Shown: piece by piece, positions 24,605 to 34,935 of the stretch
Layout: each line of letters starts with the position of its first letter
Numbering within the stretch: the first letter of the stretch is position 1
Origin: Patella caerulea
Taxonomy: Eukaryota
Length of the DNA: 64,000 nt
Direction: 5' to 3'
Assembly: GCA_036850965.1 (NCBI GenBank)
Contig: JAZGQO010000014.1
Location: 6,726,208 to 6,790,207 of the forward strand
Notes under the pieces: generated by a model
What the model was told of the DNA's origin: nothing
The model's input: only the letters and a program-made list of their open reading frames with translations
Database searches by the model: none
Program-made: the position numbers and the translations under genes

Positions 24605-24678
24605 ATTATGAAGAATTATTTCCATGTAGCCAGAGAAAGACACAAACAGCGATTGAAACTGCTTATAGATTTATTAAG
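24605..24678 (+). CDS. PARP4: PARP4-like exon 18 (vWA)
   Basis: Acceptor attcaacAG, donor AAG|GTACAT. Encodes (D)YEELFPCSQRKTQTAIETAYRFIK, resembling human YKELFSYPKH.... Phase 1 in, phase 0 out. Confidence 0.6.
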
Positions 24679-25324
24679 GTACATAGTATGGATGATATTT
24701 TACTCTGTGTTTGAATTATCTTTGTATAATACCATATTCAGTAATATTTAATTTAATAGAATCTGAGCATCCTAGAATTCACTTTTTAATCTGCTCTTAA
24801 CCATAAAGAGGAATTTTCACTTTTATTAACAAGATCAAAGTAATAAACATATATATACATAGTATTGCATCATAATTATGACTGAGGTATTTATTGAAAA
24901 TCCGAGCACTGAGGTATTTATTGAAAATCCGAGCACTTATGACCTACTAAAGGTCATGTATTTTGTATTTATTTAAAATCCAAGCACTTATGACCTACTA
25001 AAGGTCATGTATTTTGTGTGAATGTACTTTAACCTCCTGAAAATCATCCAATATAATTCGTAAATTGACAGTTGAAGTGTCTCTATCTCAATGATGTTTT
25101 GACTGATTAATTGATCTAATATTTTTTCTTATTACACTCTGATTTGAACATCCTTCAAGTGTCTCTAATATTCAAATTAAGTTACCGCTACATGCTTTTT
25201 ACCCATCCGTAAAGACTATTGAATTTCTGGGACCTTAACCAATCTTTATGTGTTTCTGTGTGTATACATGTACTACTATATTAATTATCTCTTCATATTT
25301 GTTGTATCGTTTGTTTAATTATAG

Positions 25325-25512
25325 AAATGTGTTGCTAATAAAGGAAATACAGAATTATATGAGCCATTACACACTTTACATCTATTACAATCTACAAGTG
25401 GTGTTAGAAATGTTTTTGTTTTGTCAGACGGTCATATTAATAATGATGATGCAGTGTTAAATTCAGCTCTGCTCAATTCTAAGCATACCCGTATATTTAC
25501 CTTTGGGGTCAG
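25325..25512 (+). CDS. PARP4: PARP4-like exon 19 (vWA)
   Basis: VRNVFVLSDGHINNDDAVLNSALLNSKHTRIFTFGV resembles human SRNILLVSDGHLQDESLTLQLVKRSRPHTRLFACGIG. Exon ends in phase 2. Confidence 0.85.
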
Positions 25513-25958
25513 GTTGGTTTTTCTTTTATTTCCCTTATTTCTTTGGAGTCAAGGGTGGTGGGTGGTATAGTGAGAAAAATAATAATTCTAGTGCTTGAGA
25601 TTTCAAGTGAGAAAAGTAATCACTCTAGTGCTTGAGATTTTATGTGAGACAAATAATCATTCTACTGCTTGAGATTTTAAGTGAGAAAAGCTGTCAAAAC
25701 TAAGATTCTTGCATCATTTATTTGCAAAGTTATTACTCCTGTTATCTAATCTCAGTTGCTCTTGCTTGTTTTTTGTTTTTTAAACGAGACTTTTTAATCA
25801 TCGGTAATCATTCCTTCAAAAAATTGGGAAAGTCATTTATTTAAAATTTTTGTAATGTCAAAATTTAATATATATATTTTATTTTTTAAATGAAAATAAT
25901 TAAGTAAGACATTTTATTTCATTTCATTTGTGATATTACCCCGGTATATTAATTTCAG

Positions 25959-26058
25959 TTCGACAGCGAATTTTCATTTGTTGCGTGGTCTTGCTAGAGT
26001 TGCTGGTGGAGCCTATGAATATTTTGACAGAAAATCTAAATCTAAGTGGGAAGATAAG
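25959..26058 (+). CDS. PARP4: PARP4-like exon 20 (vWA)
   Basis: (S)STANFHLLRGLARVAGGAYEYFDRKSKSKWEDK resembles human STANRHVLRILSQCGAGVFEYFNAKSKHSWRKQ. Acceptor aatttcAG, donor AAG|GTATAT. Confidence 0.8.
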
Positions 26059-26392
26059 GTATATATATATAATTTGTTTGCACTCTGACCTTCAACAATA
26101 TCTGCTGTTAACTATGTGAACAAAAGAGCTGTGTCAGTTGGCATTAGAAGTAAATTGTTTTTGTGAAACACTTACTTTCCTACCCACAGTTTTCATCAGT
26201 AATCAGTTTGTCTAATACATAATTTTTTGTAGTTTCAAAAGAGGGACGTCAAATTGTAGACGTACATGATTACAATATGGTCAAAGATAAATGCAAAAAT
26301 TGTAAACACAGTTTTCATTCAGTATTCTTGACATTTCTTTTTCTTATTAAAATCAGACTTTTGTGGGTTGAAAATATGTCTTTTTGCTGCAG

Positions 26393-26563
26393 ATAAAACA
26401 TCAATTAGAAAAAGCTGTTCAACCAAGTTTGACATCTGTGTCTGTGGAATGGCAGCAGTTTGATGATAATTTACCTGAACCTGTTCAAGCTCCAAGAAAA
26501 ATCACTGCCTTGTTTAATGGATCACGACAAGTGGTTTATGGTTTTGTTCCTAATTGTACCCTG
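26393..26563 (+). CDS. PARP4: PARP4-like exon 21
   Basis: Same frame as ORF 26384..26629. SVSVEWQQFDDNLPEPVQAPRKITALFNGSRQVVYGFVPNCTL resembles human SVSVKWQQLNPDVPEALQAPAQVPSLFLNDRLLVYGFIPHCTQ. 171 nt. Donor CTG|GTAAAT. Confidence 0.9.
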
Positions 26564-26902
26564 GTAAATACTTTGATATTAATGCAGATAGTAATAGATG
26601 TTCAGATATTCTTATGTTACCATAAATGAATACATACATGGCATTCTTTAATTTAGCCCGATATTGGATAGATCAACAGTATATATAGAATCTAATACAA
26701 TTTAAAAAAGAAACTGCTGATCTATTGCATAAATAAAATAATAACAGCTTATTCATTGAGCCATTTTACATTTGATTTATTTAGCAACAAGGACTCAATC
26801 AAATCTGAATTATTATATGAAATTTAATATTATTTTCACCAAGTTGTAAATGAGAGAAAAACAAAGTAGCCAGTCTAATAATTTGTTTTTTATGTATTGT
26901 AG

Positions 26903-26983
26903 GCCACTTTAAAGGCCGTAATTGATGGACAAGAAGTATCAACTGTTGTATCTACACCTGAACTAAATATAACAAGAGGCCAG
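26903..26983 (+). CDS. PARP4: PARP4-like exon 22
   Basis: ATLKAVIDGQEVSTVVSTPELNITRGQ resembles human ATLCALIQEKEFRTMVSTTELQKTTGT. 81 nt. Donor CAG|GTAAGG. Confidence 0.75.
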
Positions 26984-26989
26984 GTAAGG

Positions 26990-27230
26990 AATTTTAACAT
27001 TTGAAAAAGGAATTTTAACATTTAAAAAAAGGAATTTTAACATTTAATAAAGGAATTTTAACATTTAAGAAATACATTTTAAAAAAGGAATTCTATTGTT
27101 TAAAAAAAAAGTGTAACATTTAAAAAATAAATTGTAACATTTAAAAAATAAATTGTAACATTTAAAAAGGTCTTTGACATAAAAAAAGGGATTTTAACAT
27201 AAAAAAAAGATTTTTTTTTAATCTTTTAAA
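26990..27230 (+). repeat. Minisatellite, unit of about 24-26 bp (aaaaaggaattttaacattta), about 9 copies, starting 7 bp after the exon 22 donor
   Basis: Direct reading: ggaattttaacatttgaaaaaggaattttaacatttaaaaaaaggaattttaacattt.... Confidence 0.85.
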
Positions 27231-27443
27231 AAAGACATTTAATGTTATTTCTTAGTCCCTCACTGGTATATTTCCATTAAAACCATAATTATCTCAATTA
27301 AACATGTATGATGGTACATACATTTATTATCAGTCACTGTGTGTAGGGTTTATTTAATCTTGTTTCTCAGCATTTTACTATCTCATTTTCTATTTTTAAG
27401 AATATATTTCGTAATACCACACCAATTTGAATTAAAATTACAG

Positions 27444-27524
27444 ATACTGCATAGATTAACAGCTAGAAGTATTATCCGTGATTGGGAGGATGGCATGTTA
27501 TCATCAGATAAAACAGATCATGAG
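27444..27524 (+). CDS. PARP4: PARP4-like exon 23
   Basis: ILHRLTARSIIRDWEDGMLSSDKTDHE resembles human MIHKLAARALIRDYEDGILHENETSHE. Acceptor attacAG, donor GAG|GTTGGA. 81 nt. Confidence 0.85.
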
Positions 27525-27908
27525 GTTGGATTTTATTGAAATTTATTGTGTAAAATTTGGTAACCAGAAAAATGCTACTTCTGTCTCTGTAACTTTGTGA
27601 ACATGATGCTGGGTGAGAGTAAGGCCCAGGATTTGATCCTGGCGTTTTTTCAGAAAGAAATTTTGAGATATTGACTCTTATGTCGGTGGCAATCGAACGT
27701 CTAAGTTCCCATGTATACCATTGGCAGTACATTAATGACCTTATCCAAATTCAAAGTAAGAGAAGACCTTGGCGCTGCTGTCCAGGAAAAATCTGCCTCA
27801 TAATGTATGCCTGTCTTTATTGGTCCTGTGTATACAAGACATTGATAAAGCAGTGAGACATTAAAACCCAATGTCATTTCAGACTTTTTTCATTGAAATC
27901 CCTTTCAG

Positions 27909-28010
27909 GTTATTAAAAGAAACTTAAAACCATATATTATTGAACTGAGTAAAGATTATTCAATAGTTACACAATTTACAAGTTTTATAGCTGTAGAGAA
28001 AAGGGATGAG
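27909..28010 (+). CDS. PARP4: PARP4-like exon 24
   Basis: VIKRNLKPYIIELSKDYSIVTQFTSFIAVEKRDE resembles human MKKQTLKSLIIKLSKENSLITQFTSFVAVEKRDE. Donor GAG|GTAATA. 102 nt. Confidence 0.9.
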
Positions 28011-28323
28011 GTAATATTTTATTATTCATTTCATCAACTTTTTGAAGTTTTGAAACTATGTATATCATGCACATATAGTTTGTGAAATTATAATTTTGAA
28101 GATACCATAATATAACTGTATAAAATTTTCTTCTGCATATTTCTCCTGTGCACTAATCAGAATAGGCCATTGGTGTTTATAGCTAGAAGTAATACACATA
28201 CTTTCAAATAAAATAAGGATTAGATGGTTGAATATTTAAGGAACATATTTTTATCAGAAAATAATTTATCAATCATACAACGTCATTTATATTTATACTA
28301 AATCATATATTTCATATTTTTAG

Positions 28324-28446
28324 GATGAGAAAGATTTAGGACAAGGACGTGGTCCTGCTATATGTAAACTGGTCGATGATGAAGATGTTGATATATTACA
28401 CCAGATATCCTTTCCTGATGAGGAGCGAATCTTAGTTCAAGTTGAT
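28324..28446 (+). CDS. PARP4: PARP4-like exon 25
   Basis: Acceptor ttttAG, donor GAT|GTATGT. DEKDLGQGRGPAICKLVDDEDVDILHQISFPDEE resembles human DENESPFPDIPKVSELIAKEDVDFLPYMSWQGE. 123 nt, phase 0/0. Confidence 0.6.
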
Positions 28447-29100
28447 GTATGTTTTGATATTTTTGATCACAAAGTTGGTAAACAAGTATAGATGGTTTAT
28501 TATCCATATTAAATACATAATTGATACCATTTAGAATGAAAATTAGAACTACATGTGTAAAGCAAAAGAGGCAAGCAAGAAATAAACAAGTTTGATGGAA
28601 CCTATCCAATTTCTACGAAACTTGAATTATAGGTTTATCCCCCTAAGGTATCGGTTCCTTTTGATATTGGCATATATCGGACCGTACCTTCATGGATTAT
28701 GGCTCCTAATTGTACGAAAAATCACGATTTTATCTTGTGGACCCTATAGAGGTCACAATTTTTATCTGATGTACGTTTTGATATTTTTGATCACAAAGTT
28801 GGTGAACAAGTATAGATGGTTTATTATCCATATTAAATACATAATTGATACCATTTAGAACGAAAATTAGAACTAGAACTACATGTGTAAAGCAAAAGAG
28901 GCAAGCAAGAAATAAACAAATTTGATGGAACCTATCCAATTTCTGCGAAACTTGAAATATAGGTTTATCTCCCTAAGGTATCGGTTCCTTTCGATATTGG
29001 CATATATCGGACCGTACCTTCATGGATTATGGCTCCTAATTGTACGAAAAATAACGATTTTATCTTGTGGACCCTATAGAGGTCACAATTTTTATCTGAT
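28441..29100 (+). repeat. Tandem duplication, 2 units of about 330 bp. The first unit begins at the last bases and donor site of exon 25
   Basis: 28441-28770 and 28771-29100 are about 95 percent identical (gatgtatgttttgatatttttgatcacaaagttgg... versus gatgtacgttttgatatttttgatcacaaagttgg...). Confidence 0.85.
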
Positions 29101-31745
29101 TTTGTTGAAATTTGAAATGTAAGTTTATGAAGATCTTGCTTCCTTTCGATATTCAAGCATTTAGGACTGTAACTTCCTGAATTATGGTCCTTGATTGTAC
29201 TAAAAAACACGTTATTTGGTTTGTGTACGCTATGAGGTCACAGTTTTATTACGATTTAAAAAATTGTTTGATTATATCACCGTTACAACATAATGATGAT
29301 TGTGTTCGAATTTTGTGAAAATCGGACAGAAACTACTGGAAGAAATGTCCGCATCTCCTACAAAAACAGTGTAAAAATATGGTATATCAAGGTTGAGGAC
29401 CCTCTAAAGTTCACAATTGTGATCCAATTTTGGTGAACCTTGAAGTACATGTTTATAACCAGAAGATCTTGGTTCCTTTCAATATTTGCGCATAAATATT
29501 GCATCTTAACAAAATGATCATCCCTCCTAAGCAAATAGTGTAAATATATGGTATAACTTTGGTTGTGGACCCTCTGGAATTCACAATTTTTATGAAACTT
29601 GAAATGCATGTTTAAAACCCAAAGATCTTGGTTGTTTTTGATATTCGTGCAAATTGGATGGAAACTTCCTGAATTATGGCCCCTGATTGTATGAACTCAA
29701 CATAAATTACAGTGTAACGGTAATATAATCAGACGGTTTTATAAATCGAATAATAATTGTGACCTCTAGAGTGACCACAAGCTAAAAAAGGTGTTTTTTG
29801 GTACAATCAGAGGCCATAATTCAGGAAGTTATGATCCGATATGCACATATATTGAAAGGAGCCAAGATCTTCGGGTTATAAACATGCATTTCAAGTTTAA
29901 TCAAAATCGGTTCAAAAGTGTGACCTCTACACTGTTCACAGACTAAAAACATGATTTTACGTACAATCAGGAGCCATAATCCATGAAGTTACAGTCCGAT
30001 ACATGCCAATATAGAAAGGAGCCTAGATCTTAGGGTTATACACCTATATTTCAAGTTTCATTGAAATCAGTTAAAAATTGTGACCTGTAGTGTTCACAAA
30101 CAATTGTGGACGGACAGACGATCAAGGGCGATGACCAGAGTTGGGATTTCAAAATTTTTCGTGTCGGACATTTTACCGAAAATAAAGGGTCATAACTCTT
30201 ATCGTTATTTAAGCCGTACGTAATAAAAATTGGTGAACCTCGCTATTTTTCACACCTAATTCCCGTACGGCATTCAAATTTATGTCAGTAAATGCCGTAC
30301 AAAATTAAGCATTTTCGTAATACATTGAATGAATGCTTGCCGATCCTGCTTCAGCATAAAATTCACAACCGTAATATTCCTTTAGATTTACGTGGCAGCA
30401 AATGAATGCCGCACTTCCGAAAGAAGAATAGTTTGTGATGTCAGAACATCGTTTTTTCTTTATAAAATGTCAACAAAATATTCAAATCCGTGCGTAATAG
30501 AAATAAGAACACGGCAGCAAATTAAAAAAAGCGTTCGAAATAATACTTGTGGTGATGACAAAAGGCATAGCTGACTTCAGCGTATTGCCGCTATGGCGTA
30601 CGTGACTTACAGCACACAGCTTCATAGTAAGCACTGCCTAACATGTTAAGCAATATTCGTGCGGCGCTCGAGATCACGGGAAAGTGCCACTGTGGATGAG
30701 AATTTATATATGGATTCTTAAAAGACGTAAAGGATATCGTAGACAAAATGAATTAGGGTGTTATAAAATAATATACTGTTACGATATGTGACATCTATGA
30801 TTAGTTGATAGATGCTGTCGGCTAACATCAATGTGATTAAGATGCCCGACAATTGAAGACCACGAGGAAAACAGGTGGATTAAAATTATAATCACTCTTA
30901 TTGGATTTTCAAATAGTCTGACAAAGGGAAAGCAATGACTTCTGTTTAAGATTAGATTGATGAATTGTCCGACAAAGGATTAAGTCAATCAATCAAGGCA
31001 GATTAAGTAGTTAATCAAGGTAGGTTTATTGACGGTATAACACGATAAATACGTTGATCACTTAATTACCTAATCAATCCTGCCTATTGTCAACGATAAC
31101 CGGGTTGAGTGGTAGTTATACTCACAGTACACTATATTAATTTTGGAATTTTGAATATTATTCACTATGTCTTGATGTCCGATTGGGCATATTCCCGGTC
31201 GGACAATATTGTGCGTTTGTAAAAAAAATTCGGACAAGTCCGGAATATACGGGCGAAATCCCAACTCTGGCGATGACAATATGCATCCACATGAAATGTG
31301 TGCGTATAAAGATTCGATTTTTAGCTTGTGGGACCACAATTAAAAAACATTTTAATAGAGTTTGAAATTCGTAAGAATCGGACCAAAACTGCCAGACAAA
31401 ATGTCCGCCCCTCGTTCACAAATAGTGTAAATAAACATCTGGTGTATCAAGCTTGTGGACCCTCTAGAAGTCACAATTTTGATCCGATTATCTTTATAAC
31501 CCCAAGATCTTGGTCCTGTTGATATTCGCCTATATCTGATCGTAACATATACCTTTTGATCCGATTATCTTTATAACACCAAGATCTTGGTCCTGTTTAT
31601 ATTCGCCTATATCTGATCATAACTTATACCTGAATTATGGCCTTTGATTGTTCGAAAAATCGCTTTTTGTTTACTTTGTTCTCTATCCATCTCTTGCAAA
31701 ATGTGGGCGTATCCTGTCTGGCAGTCGCTGGTTTCTTTTAAATTT
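29100..31745. mobile_element. Composite block of family-B satellite monomers in both orientations (inversion near 29700), ending in a C-type terminal inverted repeat (31690-31745), with a nested hAT-like MITE
   Basis: B-type monomer segments (ttatggcccctgattgtacgaaaaa..., ggtcacaatttt...) lie on + at 29100-29700 and on - at 29700-30130. The reverse-complemented element head is split by an insertion at 30136-31269. The C-terminus ctctatccatctcttgcaaaatgtgggcgtatcctgtctggcagtcgc lies at 31690-31740. Confidence 0.6.
30136..31269. mobile_element. hAT-like non-autonomous element (1134 bp): TIR CAGAGTTGGGATTTC / GAAATCCCAACTCTG, 8-bp TSD GCGATGAC
   Basis: TSD copies at 30128-30135 and 31270-31277. 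Joining the flanks reconstructs the reverse-complemented family head (caagggcgatgacaatatgcatccacatgaaatgtgtgcgtata). A TIR starting CAGAG and an 8-bp TSD are hAT hallmarks. Subterminal AATGCCGTAC-like repeats are present. There is no long ORF. Confidence 0.65.
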
Positions 31746-31838
31746 ACTCTATAATAATTATAATTGTCAGCCGAATATGGGGACAATTATATGATAATAA
31801 TAATCTGAAACATTATAGAGGATATACTATATTTATAG

Positions 31839-32049
31839 GAACAAAAAGAGGACCTAGATAAGTCACATATCATATTAGATATGATGTCAGCATCAAAAGT
31901 AATGTCGGCATCAAACGAAATGTCAACATCAAAGGAAAGGTCAGTATTAGAGGACATGTCAGTATCGGGGGAATCTTCGGATGAACTAGCAGAAGACTGG
32001 TCAACAAATAGTTCACAGAGTTGGGAAGAGGAGGAGACATGTGATGCCG
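31839..32049 (+). CDS. PARP4: PARP4-like exon 26 (acidic/Ser-rich linker)
   Basis: Same frame as ORF 31881..32111 (SASKVMSASNEMSTSKERSVLEDMSVSGESSDELAEDWSTNSSQSWEEEETCDA). Acceptor atttatAG. Donor G|GTATGT at 32050. Phase-compatible with exon 25 (phase 0 in) and exon 27 (phase 1 out). The alternative acceptor cattatAG at 31818 cannot be excluded. Confidence 0.4.
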
Positions 32050-32109
32050 GTATGTTCTCTAGGTTAACCTGCCTCTATAGTTACTTTTTAAAATCAAATG
32101 TGGCTCTGT

Positions 32110-32230
32110 GAGTATGGCACTCATAAAGTAGGTTCAATCTTGGTCTTGGCCAAGAAAGTTCCTCAGAATTTTCCAGCTTTGTTTCCCCTTCTTAGTGGTG
32201 TTGGATGGAGGGGCCTTTAAAAGAAAGTCA
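32110..32230 (+). mobile_element. tRNA-derived SINE, family 2 partial copy
   Basis: ggttcaatcttggtcttggccaagaaagttcctcagaattttccagctttgtttcccc. Confidence 0.5.
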
Positions 32231-32705
32231 ATTAGTCATTCTGAAAAGACACAAAACCAATCCTTTACAATTGGAATCCAATTGCAGCTGTCTGGGCAAA
32301 GTTTTCCACAATGTCAATGTGTCCATCTTCGTTAGCCTGGTTGGTGCTGAAGAGAAGGCTTTTAAACTTCAGCAAGATTAGTCATAGTTAAATGGATAAT
32401 GACCAATGATTGCAGTAGGCTAAAATTGATTCTGTAATTGCTGAAAAAAATGTTTTTAAAGGAGCTAAATCACTGACATTTGGGACCTAGAAATTGACAC
32501 AAGTGGGTCGCAACACATAATTTATAATACTGTTATATGAATTTACATTCAATGGTTTTCGTGTTTACTCTAATTTCAAATCAGTTATAATGTTCGACAA
32601 AATAAGCCAGCAGTCTCAATCGAATGCAAATTTCTAGCCTCTGGTTATTCCAGTTTACATAGTATTTATTGCGCATGGTCTCCAGATAAGAAAGTTGATT
32701 AATTC

Positions 32706-33513
32706 AAAATTTCTACACTTGACAATCTGAAAGTAAAAGCTTTTGAGAAGAGCAACTAAAATCGTTTTGTTTATAAAGTAGTATTTTCATTGAAAAGAGT
32801 AGAAAGCTATATCAATGGGTGTTCCAGAAGAATGAAAATTCAAATGGCTGTGATGATAAAGTGGACATGTTTTGTTTTTCAAATAAAAAAAGTCATTATT
32901 TACTGAAGAGGGACATCCATTTGTCTTTATGAATTGTAATTTAGAAGAAAACATAAATATATTTGTTTCAATGTTTTGTTTTCTTGTCCTAGTCCTACAC
33001 ATAATTATTATGTGTAGAAACTCTTCTTTTGGATCCAACTCCCTGGCAGAAGTCATAAAGAGTGCACTGTACCTGCATGAAAATATGTTCACAGTAAGAT
33101 AACAACATCAATATTTCTGATTAGGATTCAATTCTATTTCTTGTTTTTAATTCTGGGTTCTCTCATTTCTAAATACTCCTACACACAAACAAATTATTAA
33201 CATAAAATTGAATCATAATCAGAAAACTTTGGTGGTGGTGAGCATATTAGGGGCCTGACAGGTATATAGTGTAAATCATCATTTAGTTTTCCTTTCCATC
33301 ATATTGTATTACTTTTTTGGGAGAATCATTCTTTCATTGTTTTGAAACATTTTAGGAGATACTAACGAACCACGGATACCACCACCTATCAGAAGACAGC
33401 TATCCAGAGATTGTGATAGGTCATCATTCAGTAAGTTCAAAACTGTTTACAAATTTTTCATTCGTATTATCAGGTGCCTCGAAACCCGTCTGCAAAATAT
33501 ACATGTGTGGTGA
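32706..33513 (+). repeat. Segmental duplication copy 1 (about 0.8 kb). Copy 2 lies at 34764-34935 plus 37168-37800
   Basis: About 95 percent identity. Copy 2 is interrupted by a MITE insertion. Copy 1 is the empty site. Confidence 0.9.
33356..33430 (+). CDS. Candidate 75-nt symmetric cassette exon, copy 1 (within a segmental duplication)
   Basis: Acceptor cattttAG, donor GTAAGT. No stop in two frames. Length 75 is a multiple of 3. Included at phase 1 it reads G-DTNEPRIPPPIRRQLSRDCDRSSF and stays in frame between exons 26 and 27. No homology support. Confidence 0.25.
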
Positions 33514-33889
33514 TCGAAGCACATGTTCATAGCCCGATCCGCGTCCTCAGTTTAGACAAATTGTTGTCCTCTTATTTAATAATTATTTAACTTGACTGTA
33601 CATCTGTTTAAGAAGTCTAATTATATTATTATGTCGCCTATATTTCATTCTTATTTATATTGTAAATGTATTTTCGTAAATCCGTCCTTACACGCGCTGT
33701 CATTAGCCCGCTATCTATTGGTTGCACATGCTTCGGATTGACAGCAACAGTAGGTGTGTCTTGTACCACGTGGTTATGCCATGTGATTTTGGGGTATATT
33801 ATACCTTGTCTTGCCCCGGATTCTGAGTCGGGTCTGAGTCGAGCCGTATGAGAGGTAAAACAGAGACCATTTCTCTGGTCGATTTCGAG

Positions 33890-34135
33890 TCTGACCCCGA
33901 CGTATAGGGAGAGCCCAGTTAGGAGCTATAGAGATAGCCCAACAAGGAGCATTTTAGAGAGCCCGGCAAGGAGCGTTAGAGTCTGACCCGACTTATAGGG
34001 AGCGATAGAGAGAGCCCTTCTAGGAGCGTGTCCGAGAGCCTGACAAGGAGCGTTTAGAGAGCCCGATAAGGAGCGATTAATAGAGCCTGACAAGGAGCGT
34101 TTAATAGAGCCCGACTAGGAACAGTATAGTGCTGA
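33890..34135 (+). repeat. Minisatellite, unit of about 21-22 bp (AGAGAGCCCGACAAGGAGCGTTT), about 10 copies
   Basis: gagcccagttaggagctatagagatagcccaacaaggagcattttagagagcccggcaaggagcgttagag...gagcctgacaaggagcgtttaatagagcccgactagg. Confidence 0.85.
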
Positions 34136-34207
34136 CGAGTGTTGGGTGGAAATGATTTATTTTTGTATTAGAAGAATAATAAAGAGTGTTGCTGATTAAC
34201 ACACTTT

Positions 34208-34340
34208 TCTGGAATAACAATTACTATGACGTTTGACGTTTCGACAAGATTTCAGAAGTTGTTATCAAGCATATATGTCTTGTGAACTCTTATCGAAACG
34301 TCATATTGAAATAAACCATAGTAATTGTTATGCCATAAAA
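34208..34340. repeat. Imperfect palindrome or foldback of about 130 bp (arms ataacaattactatgACGTTTGACGTTTCGACAAG / CTTATCGAAACGTCAtattgaaataaaccatagtaattgttat)
   Basis: The reverse complement of the right arm matches the left arm, with a central spacer. Confidence 0.6.
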
Positions 34341-34935
34341 GAGTGTTATTTGATTATCACATACACATTTGAATATTTTGTTGACACGATTTTTAATTGT
34401 GGTCTGAATCCACCAGCAGTGAAATAAACCATAGCACGCAGAGCAGAGCAGAGCACGCCAAGAAATTGCTGTAACAGACCACTTCATTGGCTAATTCTAC
34501 ACGCCAACTGGAATGCCTGTTATATAACAACTTTTTCAGATTATAGCGTTGTGTAGACAAGTAACAAAATTTTGAACTATAAAAAACGAAATGAAAAAGG
34601 ATCTGTGTTTTAATAAGATTGTTTATCAATATAATAATACAAGATTTCGTTAGTATCTTCAATGATGCCATTTTATACACCTACATGTTAGGCCAGGCAA
34701 GACCAATTATTAGTTTAACAGGTTCTTAATAGCCATTTAAATCTAGTGAAAGTCGATTAATACAAAATTTCTACACTTGACATCTGAAAGTAAAAGCTTT
34801 TGAGAAGAGCAACCGAAAACGTTTTGTTTATAAAGTAGTATTTTCCCTGAAAGAGTAGAAAGCTATATCAATGGGTGTTCCAGAAGAATGAAAATTCAAA
34901 TGGCTGTGATGATAAAGTGGACATGTTTTGTTTTT

